Source: Candidatus Hodarchaeota archaeon
GTDB lineage: Archaea > Asgardarchaeota > Heimdallarchaeia > Hodarchaeales > Hodarchaeaceae
Length of the DNA stretch: 24,987 bases
Reading direction: 5' to 3'
Assembly: GCA_029856365.1 (NCBI GenBank)
Contig: JAHQWW010000053.1
Coordinates: forward strand, 1 to 24,987
In this document: one piece after another, positions 1-9,200 of the stretch
Position numbering within the stretch: the first letter of the stretch is position 1
Layout of the letters: every line of letters starts with the position of its first letter
The notes under the pieces: model-generated
What the model was told of the DNA's origin: nothing
The model's database searches: none
What the model saw: only the letters and a program-made list of their open reading frames with translations
Program-made: the position numbers and the translations under genes

Positions 1-2
1 CA

Positions 3-989
3 TGTCCCATCCATTGTGGAAGAATCTCTGAAATTAAAACAGGCCCGTACACCAGTAAGGGGGAAGGACCAGAGTACGAATCACTATGCTCCTTTGGTAG
101 TATGTGTGACATCGATAATCTGGAAGCAATCACATATGCTCACTTTCTGTGCAACGAGTATGGTTTAGACACGATATCTGCAGGAGCGACAATTGCATTT
201 GCAATGGAATGCGTTGAGAAGGGAATTTTAACTGATACTGATGGATTAGAGATTAACTTTGGTGATGCAGATGTCATGGTCGAACTTATCCGTAGAATTG
301 CCAAAAGAAAGGGAAACATTGGAAATTTATTAGCTGAAGGAACAAAATTCATCTCAGAAAAACTGGGCCAAGGATCTGAAAGATTTGCGATGCATGTTAA
401 AGGTCTCGAGTTACCAGCATATGATAGTAGATCAGCAAAGATTACAGGGGTAGGGTTTGCTACTGCAAATCGTGGAGGAGACCATATGACTTCTTTCATA
501 GAAGGGCCTACCTTCTTGGCATTACCATTCACTCTTGTTGATGGTGAACTCAGTGATGATCTTGAAGCAACTCCAGAGGATACTAGAATTCTCAAAGATT
601 ATGAGGATGCCTTTGGTGTATTTGACTCCATTGGTGGCTGTAAGTTCATGGGAATGGTACTTACTGGAGAAGATTGGGCAACATTAATTGCCACTCTCTT
701 CGGTTGGAAAGACTTCACTGAAAAGGATTTTCGAAAAACAGGTGAAAGAATTTTCAATCTTCAAAGAGCTTATAATATAAGAGAAGGATTAACCAGAGCT
801 GACGACACACTTCCGAAACGATTACTAGAGGAACCAATGCCTGAGGGGCCAGCTAAAGGACATACAGTAGATCTAGAATCTCTTTTAAACGCTTATTATG
901 AATACCGAGGATGGGAAAAGAATGGAATGCCAACTCCTGACAAACTTAAAGAGTTAGAGTTAGATTGGTTAATAGAAAAAATCTACTAG
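3..989 (+). CDS. aor: Tungsten-containing aldehyde:ferredoxin oxidoreductase (AOR family), 5'-truncated by window edge
   Basis: The frame is open from nt 3, upstream of the listed Met at 102: CPIHCGR (Fe-S Cys cluster), GPEYES, NEYGLDTIS (pterin-binding DxxGLD-like), HVKGLELPAYD, NRGGDH, GGCKF, and C-terminal YYEYRGW..GMPT. Confidence 0.93.
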   Translation, partial: CPIHCGRISEIKTGPYTSKGEGPEYESLCSFGSMCDIDNLEAITYAHFLCNEYGLDTISAGATIAFAMECVEKGILTDTDGLEINFGDADVMVELIRRIAKRKGNIGNLLAEGTKFISEKLGQGSERFAMHVKGLELPAYDSRSAKITGVGFATANRGGDHMTSFIEGPTFLALPFTLVDGELSDDLEATPEDTRILKDYEDAFGVFDSIGGCKFMGMVLTGEDWATLIATLFGWKDFTEKDFRKTGERIFNLQRAYNIREGLTRADDTLPKRLLEEPMPEGPAKGHTVDLESLLNAYYEYRGWEKNGMPTPDKLKELELDWLIEKIY

Positions 990-1149
990 AACTAGTACGG
1001 TTTTATGGAGTTGGTGCCCACTTTTAACAAATTCTTTAAAGAAAAGCGGGTCATATTTTAGAGTAGTTCTAGCTCTATTCAAGATAAGATTGAAATAGGA
1101 ACAATCTTGATTGTTAATTTAATATTTAACTATTAAATCGGTGTTTAAA

Positions 1150-2142
1150 ATGAGTAAAAAAGGTGTAATTAGATGGGGTATTTTAGGGTGTGGTTCAATT
1201 GCACATGAATTCGCAGAAGGATTGAACCAAATTCCTAATGCGGAACTAGAAGCTGTTGCTTCAAAATCTGGAAAAGCAGAACCATTCGGAAGGAAATTTA
1301 ATGTTACAAACTGTTACAATAACTACAAAGAATTAGTGAATGATTCCAATGTTGATATAATTTATGTAGCTACAACTCACAATTTCCATTATGAGAATAC
1401 ATTACTATGTCTAAATCATGGAAAACCTGTTTTAAGTGAAAAACCTTTTACTATAAATGCTTCCCAAGCGGAACAACTTATCAACACAGCGAGAAAGGAA
1501 AAAATTTTTTTAATGGAGGGAATGTGGACTAGATTCATACCATGTGTTGTAAGATTAAGAGAAATGATTCATCATGAAAGAATATTAGGGGAGATTCGTC
1601 ATTTCAAAGGTGATTTTTGTGTTAAAATGCCATATGGAAATGAACATAGAGCTTTTAATCCAAAATTAGCTGGGGGGGCTTTGCTGGATTTAGGAGTTTA
1701 TCCAATATCATTTTCGAGTATGATTTTCAAAGAATTACCACAAAAAATAATGAGTAGTGCAATTTTAGGCGAGACAGGGGTAGATATATTTTCCAGTTAT
1801 TTTTTCGAGTATAAAAATGGTGCTACTTCGATGATGACATCCTCTACAAAATTGATAATGCCTCATGATGCTTTCATAGTTGGAACCGAAGGATATATGC
1901 ACATTCCAGCCTTCACTCGGCCTAAGAAAATGTTTCTAAACTTGAATAAACAAAGCAAAAAAACCTTAGAGATTCCTTATGAATCTACAGGTTTTCAATT
2001 CGAAGCAATTGAGGCTGGAAATTGTTTGAAAACAGAACGGACTGAAAGCGAAATAATACCTTTGGATGAAACTTTAGAGATTATGAAAACTATGGACACT
2101 ATAAGGTCCCAATGGGAGTTTAAATATCCAGAAGAAAAATAA
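1150..2142 (+). CDS. Gfo/Idh/MocA family NAD(P)-dependent oxidoreductase
   Basis: IRWGILGCGSIA Rossmann motif, YVATTH, VLSEKPF, GGALLDLGVY. Start is ATG 1150 or GTG 1141. Confidence 0.92.
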   Translation: MSKKGVIRWGILGCGSIAHEFAEGLNQIPNAELEAVASKSGKAEPFGRKFNVTNCYNNYKELVNDSNVDIIYVATTHNFHYENTLLCLNHGKPVLSEKPFTINASQAEQLINTARKEKIFLMEGMWTRFIPCVVRLREMIHHERILGEIRHFKGDFCVKMPYGNEHRAFNPKLAGGALLDLGVYPISFSSMIFKELPQKIMSSAILGETGVDIFSSYFFEYKNGATSMMTSSTKLIMPHDAFIVGTEGYMHIPAFTRPKKMFLNLNKQSKKTLEIPYESTGFQFEAIEAGNCLKTERTESEIIPLDETLEIMKTMDTIRSQWEFKYPEEK

Positions 2143-2451
2143 CTTCGATACAATCTTTTTCAATGAAATGAGTTCTTGATAGGTCTAAAACATCTATATC
2201 ATGACCTCATACAATTAAGGATTGGATATTTAAAGTTGAAGAAAAAAGGGACCATCGAGGTACAAATGCTCTTATAAAACCATAAAAAGCTCGCTGAAGG
2301 AACGGCCAATCCTTAAATAAGGCTACATTGTAATTCATTTTACTGTAAAAGTTATATGGGAGTTAATTATAAATGTTTAGGGATTATTGATTTCGTAACT
2401 CCTATCAATACGTTAGAACGGTTCTTTCTATGTATAGAACTGGTGACAGTC

Positions 2452-4146
2452 TTGACTGAACATATTACGTATGCTGATAAACCTTGGATGAAAAGCTACA
2501 AGGTTGGGCCTTATAAACTCCCAAAGACGATGAAACCTTACCCTAAAATTCCTGTGAGTAGATTTCTTGATGATACAGCAATAGAATTTCCTGATAATAT
2601 TGCATGTACCTTCATTGCAGGAGAATACAGAACAGATATAACATATTCAGCGTTGAAGTTGCAGGTAGATAAATTGGCAACAGCTCTTGATGCCTTAGGT
2701 GTTAAAAAAGGGGATAGAGTTGCCACCATTCTTCCTTCTTGTCCACAGTTCATTATATCTGATTACGCAATCATGAAAATTGGAGCAATACACGTTCCTC
2801 TCAGTATTTTACATAAAGCTCCTGAAGTGTTGTACGAGCTGAAGGAATCTGGCACTGAAACCGTTATAAGCTCATTTAGAAGACTTGAAAGAATTGAGGC
2901 AATTAAAGATGAGATTAGGTTAAAAAATGTTATCTATACACCGGTACCTATATTCCCTGATTATTCAATCCCTGAAACGAAAGTATTACCTAATATAGCG
3001 AATCTACACCGATTAGAAGAGTTAATTGAAAAAAGCGATAATAATCCTCCAACAGTTGAAATCAATCCAACCGAAGATCTTGCCTTACTCCCATTCACAG
3101 GTGGAACGACGGGAATTCCAAAAGCTACTATGTTAACCCATTATAACATTACTACTAATGTGATCCAGTCAGTTCAGTGGATGATGCATCCTTTACGAGC
3201 AGGTATAAAGAGTAAGGCTGCTGCATTAATCTGTCTCCCGATCTTTCATCAAGCAGGCCATTTTTTAATGCATGCTGGGATTTCATGGGGATTACGTGGT
3301 TTTTTAATTGATGGACGTGATCTATTATTAATTACTGATATAATCAATGAATATCGTCCTTTCATTGTTGGTGGTGTTCCAACTCATTATATGTTATTAC
3401 TTGACAATCCTAACCTAAAGAAGATGCCCATATTCTTTTTTTCTGGTGCTGCTGCCTTACCGCATGATGTTGCAGAAAAATGGGAAAAAAAAGTTGGTAC
3501 CCCATTAAGCGAGGGGTATGGTATGACCGAAGCATGTGCGGTTACTCATATGAATCCATCGGGTCTTTCTAAAGTAACTGGTTTTATGTTGAAAGTAAAA
3601 AGATCAGTGGGAGTCCCTGTTGCTGATACAGAGGTAAGAATTATCAACCTAGAAACTGGGAAAGAAGTACCCTTTGGTGAACCAGGTGAATTGTGGATTC
3701 GTGGACCCCAAGTGATGAAGGGGTACTGGCCAATTGTTGGTAAGGGTTTACAAAATGGTGGGTGGCTAGCAACGGGTGATGTGGCAAAAATGGATGAAGA
3801 TGGGTACTTCTACATTGTTGACCGCATTAAAGATATGATTAATGTTAGTGGAATGAAGGTCTACTCTCAAACTGTCGATGATGTATTGCATGGTCATCCT
3901 GCTGTTAGTCTTGCAGGTGTAATTGGAGTTCAGGACCCAGAACGTCCAGGTAGTGAAAGAGTCAAAGCTTTTATTGCGTTAAAGGAGGAATATAAAGAGA
4001 AGGTTACTGCTGATGATATACTTCAATATTGTAAAGAAAATCTTCCTTCTTATGCTGTTCCAAAATTTATTGAATTTAGAGATTCTTTACCACTAACCCC
4101 AGTTATGAAACTTGATAAGAAAATGCTAAGAGAAGAAGACCAATGA
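2452..4146 (+). CDS. Long-chain fatty acid/acyl-CoA ligase (ANL adenylating superfamily)
   Basis: FTGGTTGIPKA (A3), EGYGMTEA (A5), TGD (A7), DRIKDMI (A8), PVMKLDK (A10). Start moved to in-frame TTG 2452 because GGTGA SD lies at 2442-2446; the 2356 start in the ORF track is probably an over-extension. Confidence 0.9.
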   Translation: MTEHITYADKPWMKSYKVGPYKLPKTMKPYPKIPVSRFLDDTAIEFPDNIACTFIAGEYRTDITYSALKLQVDKLATALDALGVKKGDRVATILPSCPQFIISDYAIMKIGAIHVPLSILHKAPEVLYELKESGTETVISSFRRLERIEAIKDEIRLKNVIYTPVPIFPDYSIPETKVLPNIANLHRLEELIEKSDNNPPTVEINPTEDLALLPFTGGTTGIPKATMLTHYNITTNVIQSVQWMMHPLRAGIKSKAAALICLPIFHQAGHFLMHAGISWGLRGFLIDGRDLLLITDIINEYRPFIVGGVPTHYMLLLDNPNLKKMPIFFFSGAAALPHDVAEKWEKKVGTPLSEGYGMTEACAVTHMNPSGLSKVTGFMLKVKRSVGVPVADTEVRIINLETGKEVPFGEPGELWIRGPQVMKGYWPIVGKGLQNGGWLATGDVAKMDEDGYFYIVDRIKDMINVSGMKVYSQTVDDVLHGHPAVSLAGVIGVQDPERPGSERVKAFIALKEEYKEKVTADDILQYCKENLPSYAVPKFIEFRDSLPLTPVMKLDKKMLREEDQ

Positions 4147-4445
4147 CAAACGAACGAAGATTCATCAAAACAACAGTAAGATTATTTGCTACTTTCAAAC
4201 AAATTACTAACCAACATGAGATAGAATTTAAAATGGAAGAAGGAGCAACAATACAACAACTTTTAAAGGTTTTATTCAATCAATATAACACATTACGAGA
4301 GCAAATTTTTGATGACAAAAATGAACTTAGACAATGGATTCATATCCTAAAAAATGGCAGAAATATCAAATTTTTAGGTGGGATTGAAACCATTTTAATT
4401 GATGGGGATGTAATAGCTTTGTTTCCCCCAGTAGCAGGTGGATAA
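4143..4445 (+). CDS. Ubiquitin-like beta-grasp protein, MoaD/SAMP1 family
   Basis: VRLFATF at the N-terminus, ILKNGRNI, and LIDGDVIALFPPVAGG ending in di-glycine. ATGA overlap with the ligase stop codon. Confidence 0.93.
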   Translation: MTNERRFIKTTVRLFATFKQITNQHEIEFKMEEGATIQQLLKVLFNQYNTLREQIFDDKNELRQWIHILKNGRNIKFLGGIETILIDGDVIALFPPVAGG

Positions 4446-4478
4446 CTTTAGAGAAATCACCCTTTGACAAATTTCTAC

Positions 4479-4490
4479 TTTTTTTTCTTT
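4479..4490 (+). terminator. Oligo-T archaeal terminator after the SAMP/MoaD gene
   Basis: TTTTTTTTCTTT about 35 nt after the stop codon. Confidence 0.55.
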
Positions 4491-4524
4491 CCTATATAAT
4501 AATTGAATATAATTAACAGAATAA

Positions 4525-4698
4525 GATATTCACCAAAGTGTAAAACTATTTCGACGATTCTATTCTGCATTGAATCTCAATGGCTATCTGGTTCTAGGGA
4601 AATGTGAACTCGTTCCTATCCCTGTAATACATTTCTTCAAGGTTGTAGATGCAAAAGCTCAGATTTACCAGCGAAAGAACCTAGAAAATACTCTATAA
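4525..4698 (+). pseudogene. C-terminal relic of a CheR-like SAM-dependent methyltransferase
   Basis: Manual translation: DIHQSVKLFRRFYSALNLNGYLVLGKCELVPIPVIHFFKVVDAKAQIYQRKNLENTL*. This matches the CheR end pattern (F..AL..GYLxLGxxE...IYxK). An in-frame TAA precedes it at 4522 and there is no start codon before the conserved region. Confidence 0.65.
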
Positions 4699-4733
4699 TT
4701 TTTCATTGAAAGTATTAGAAAGATATTAAGATC

Positions 4734-4753
4734 AAATAAAAAAAGAGGAGGAG
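4734..4753 (-). terminator. Pyrimidine/oligo-T terminator after the RLP gene
   Basis: Minus strand reads CTCCTCCTCTTTTTTTATTT immediately after the stop codon. Confidence 0.5.
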
Positions 4754-4758
4754 TTCCT

Positions 4759-6096
4759 TCAGAATCTTGTATCTGAAACTCCCCATGCCTCCATCGCTCG
4801 TACAAGCTCGGGGTATTCTTCTTCATGTTCTTCAACGTAATCTTCGAAGTCTTCACTTGCAGCAGCTAAATCCTTCATCCCAATATCTATAGCTTGACGG
4901 AAAGCTTTAGCTCCAGCAACAGGACCATCAGGATGAGCATGAATCCCTCCACCTGATCCAATCATTATATCTCTTCCAAGATCCTGCATAACTCTTAGAA
5001 CCATACCAGGAGTAATTCCACCAGAAGGCATGGGTAGGGTCGGTTTTAAGTGATGCATCCGATAACGGTGAGCTTTGGCAATACCAAGATATTTTTCCTT
5101 TAAATAAGGAGCTTTTCCATAGGGCGCGGGATAAACACAAATGTCAGCTCCAGCTAGCCGAACAAGCTTACCCATTATTAGAAAAGATGAAACACCTGAA
5201 TATGGCGACTCATAAAAAGCTCCAGCGAAGTCCATGTGAGCGAGGATTGGCAATTTGACTTCTTTATCCTCTACTAACATCCTCAATGCAGGAAGCCCAA
5301 CGACTAAATAATTCAGCATTAATGCGTTTCCTCCAACATCTTGGACAGCTAACGCGTTTTCCTTCAATTTAGTAATTTTATCGGTGATATTCACAGTATA
5401 GAGAGTTTCCTCTCCCGTTTCTTCACGTACTTTGTCTACTGCTTCCATCATAAGAGGAACTCTGTCAACAATTTTGTTATAATCCATGTCTGCAATAAGT
5501 TCATCATCTTTAACAACATCACATCCACCCAAAGCAGCAGAATAAAATAGTTGAGCTCCAACCTCTGGAGTCCATCCACTACAGGGTTTTATCATATTGT
5601 TCAGTAAAGGTCTATCAGGCACCTTGAGAATCTTACGTATTCCTTCAATACCAAATTTCGGTCCTTTAAAATTCTTGATCCACTTTTTAGGAAATCGAAG
5701 ATCCAATAATTTTAACTTCCCACCCATTGAAATATTCCCAATAGTAGCTGTTAGCATGAGACCAATCTGATCTGTTTGATTAATAGCAGGAAAAGCGATT
5801 TGATAGATATAATTACGTTCCTCAACGTTTTTAGGAACTTCAAACTCGTACGAGGGAACCTCATAGAGACCAATTACTTTAGCACCAAATTTTGATCGTA
5901 GTTCAGGAGTGTTCGCAGGAACAGGTACCCAGGTACCAGTTGACTGCTCACAGGCAGCTGCTCTCCCTATAAACCATGGATCCATCCTAGGTCCAAGTTG
6001 AACCATATAAGTACCAATAATGTATTCCTCAGGATTAATGCCCTCTTGAAGAGCTTCTTCTAGAGGATCATACTGAGCAAAGATATCTTGAGACAT
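4759..6096 (-). CDS. RuBisCO-like protein (form IV RLP)
   Basis: CEQSTGTW, GPKFGIEGIR, IKPCSG, GGCDVVKDDE, PMPSGG, GSGGGIHAHPDG. Positions equivalent to RuBisCO K177, R295 and H327 are C, M and V, so this is not a bona fide RuBisCO. Confidence 0.92.
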   Translation of the reverse strand: MSQDIFAQYDPLEEALQEGINPEEYIIGTYMVQLGPRMDPWFIGRAAACEQSTGTWVPVPANTPELRSKFGAKVIGLYEVPSYEFEVPKNVEERNYIYQIAFPAINQTDQIGLMLTATIGNISMGGKLKLLDLRFPKKWIKNFKGPKFGIEGIRKILKVPDRPLLNNMIKPCSGWTPEVGAQLFYSAALGGCDVVKDDELIADMDYNKIVDRVPLMMEAVDKVREETGEETLYTVNITDKITKLKENALAVQDVGGNALMLNYLVVGLPALRMLVEDKEVKLPILAHMDFAGAFYESPYSGVSSFLIMGKLVRLAGADICVYPAPYGKAPYLKEKYLGIAKAHRYRMHHLKPTLPMPSGGITPGMVLRVMQDLGRDIMIGSGGGIHAHPDGPVAGAKAFRQAIDIGMKDLAAASEDFEDYVEEHEEEYPELVRAMEAWGVSDTRF

Positions 6097-6131
6097 GTTT
6101 TCAACACCAAGATAACATGATTAGAATATGA

Positions 6132-6177
6132 AATTAAGGTTTTTCATTTAATAAAAGTACTAGTGGAAAGTTTTATC
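6132..6177. promoter_or_regulatory. Divergent BRE-TATA-like promoters for the RLP (-) and M6 protease (+)
   Basis: GAAAAACCTTAATT on the minus strand (6132-6145) and GAAAGTTTTATC on the plus strand (6166-6177). Both have the same purine-rich BRE plus T-rich TATA pattern seen at other gene starts here. Confidence 0.45.
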
Positions 6178-6243
6178 AAATGTTAATTTCGTATTATCTG
6201 GTTACTAGTACTTATCCTAATTAATTCTCATCAGGTGTAAAAA

Positions 6244-9200
6244 GTGTTCCGAAAGATTATGGGTGGAGTAGGATTATTTATCATTGTGTTTCTGATAATG
6301 GGTTCAATCGGAGACTCAATCCTGCATAATGATCGTACCAATAACCTATCTCAGTTATCAGATTCAAATTATTCAGGTATTGAAAGTGAATCTGATGCAT
6401 TTATTGAAAGGGAGTCCCCAACGGAAGTTTTTGTTAACAATAACTTCAGAGATATCCCATTTGAATACATGTATCCAGTAGATCCAAAAATTCGGCCACC
6501 ACTAGCCAGTATTAAGTCAAGTGCTCCTACTAGCAAAAAAAGCGTTATTACAACAGGGATAATCAAAATTGCAGTCTTATTAGTCTGTTTCACTGATGTG
6601 AGCTTTGATAGTGCTCATAATCAAGCTTATTATTCAAACCTCATTTTCAATCATAGTAATCCGAAAAGTGTTGCTAGCTACTATTGGGAGAACTCATATG
6701 GTCAATTGAATATAACGGGAGAAATTATTGGAGGAATCTACCGGTCTTCGCACGCTAGGCGGTATTGGGGAGAAGATTCAGCATCAGGAAACGTTTTTCC
6801 CCAAGTTGATGACAAGAATGACTATATCTATAACTTAGTCGTTGAAGGAGTTCAATTGGCTGATCCAACAGTCAATTTCACGAGATTTGACGAAAACAGA
6901 GACAGTATCGTTGATTATCTACTAGTTGTTCACGCTGGAGATGCTCAGGAAGAAACTGGGATTTCCAATCATATTTGGTCTCATCGCTGGAGTATTCAAA
7001 CAAAATGTGCTGTTGATAGTGTTGTTGTGAAAGATTATACCATGTGTGCAGAGACTTCTCCAATGGGTACTTTTGCTCATGAATTGGGGCACGCAATCGG
7101 GGATTTACCTGATTTATATGACACTGACTACTCTTCAGATGGAATTGGACGCTGGGGGCTTATGGGAGCAGGGGCATGGAATTATAATGAAACTTCAGGT
7201 TCAGGAGAAAGCCCTGGAGATACGCCTGCTCATTTTTGCGCTTGGTCGAAAATCAAAATGGGATGGCTCACGCCTACCATCGTTACAGCCAACCAATTTG
7301 GAATAACTCTTCCAGCCATTGAGACATCAAATCACAATAGTGTCATGAAGATATTCTTGTCAAACGAAACGAACAGCGTGACTCTGCAGGAGTACTTTCT
7401 AGTCTGTTTCCGCAATCAAACTGGATTCGATAGTGCTCTCCCAGGTTCAGGCATCCTTATTTGGCATATTGATGAATGCAATATATATGAAGGGAATGAT
7501 GGAGAAAACCGTAAATTAGTTGACTTAGAAGAAGCAGATGCAGTAGACCCTTGGGGCTTTATATGGGAACAACTCGATTATTATAATAGCAAGCCTTTAG
7601 TAGGAACACCTCATTCAGATGATAATGGTAATATCACTGACCCTTGGTCACCAGGAACGATTTTCTCTGTAGGATCTACCCCAAATAGTGACAGTAATGA
7701 TGGTGTAAAAACTTATATCAATGTAAGTGTTTCTGATATCGATATTATTGATATTAGCGTTGCATATGATCCGTTTCCTTGGGATTATACTCTACTTGTA
7801 ATAGATCAACCAGCTACCAGTATAATTGATGATGAACCTTCTATTATAGAACATAGCTCTGGTAGCTTCTCTGTTGTTTGGCAATCAAATAGGACAACAG
7901 GTGATTGGAATATCTATGGTTCTCAAACTAAGGATGCAGGTCAATCATGGGACCTTGCAGTTCCAATCACTTACAATTCTTCTAATGATTATAGTCCCTC
8001 ACTTATATATTGGTATCCTCCGGCATATTGGGCTCGAACCTTTATCCCAGATATAGTAGATAGACCCATTCCTGCTGGAGATATGAGTTTAAGTACTCAA
8101 CCACCATTACATTATATAGTGGCATTCGTATCTGACCGAACTGGCAATCCTGATATTTTTATTACATTAAGTTCAGATTTCAGTACTTGGAAACAACCAG
8201 TTCGAATAACAAATGATTCTGCTTATGATTTAGATCCGTGTTTAATTCAGACACCTAGTGGAGATTTAGGCTTATTTTGGACTTCAAATCGGACTGGTAA
8301 TTATGAAATCTACTTCATTGAAGAACCATGGAACACCTCAAATATTGTACAAATCACCAATAATGTAGTTTTAGATCGTGGTCCCTCTTATTGTCTCTCA
8401 CAGAATGATACTCACCTATTGGCATTTGAACGAAAAGTCGGAGGCACCTCAAGCATTCAGCTTCTTATTTCAACAGACTTAATTTCGTGGATTTCCTCAC
8501 CAATTGCATGTACAAATCCCGTGGTTGATTCAACTGAACCTTCGATTGTTGAACGTGAAGATGGAACGCTATTAATCACGTTCACCCAATCTTCTGGATC
8601 AAAAGAAGAAATAAATCAGATAGTTTCTTCCTATTGGAACGATTGGTCTTCTCATCTGGCCATGGGTTTTCCCAAGAATAGCAGTAGTCCATCCTTAATA
8701 GAAGCGAAGTGTGGGGCCTTATTCATGGTATATGGCACCTATGATGCTACCCAGATCCCACACGTATACCTAATCCATACTACTTTATGCTACCGTTTTG
8801 GTGTAGGAATAGATTATCCTCGAGATACTGGTAACACATTTTTCAATCCATCTCGTGTCGAACAAGGCTCTGATTGGGTCTTTACAGGAGAAATGCAATT
8901 AAATGATTCAGACTTCACTGTACCTGCTTATAATGTTTCACTGATTGTCACGGATACAAAAAACACTTGGCATGAACGTGATGATGAGATCATCCTTGAG
9001 GATCAGTTGAATCAATCGGATCCTGGCCCACCCTTCGAGATAGAACTGGATCCAGTAATAGGGACTGGTAGGTTTAGCATTCCATTACACGAATTTCATC
9101 TGATATATCCCGAAGAATTACCAACAGCGACCATTCTCTGTTTTCGGTTAGAATGGTGGTACAAAGATATTAATGAACAGTTAAAGAATATTAATGGATC

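Noticed and set aside
4759-6096. Bona fide CO2-fixing RuBisCO (form III)
   Set aside because: K177, R295 and H327 equivalents are substituted, and there is no AMP phosphorylase, R15P isomerase or PRK in the window.
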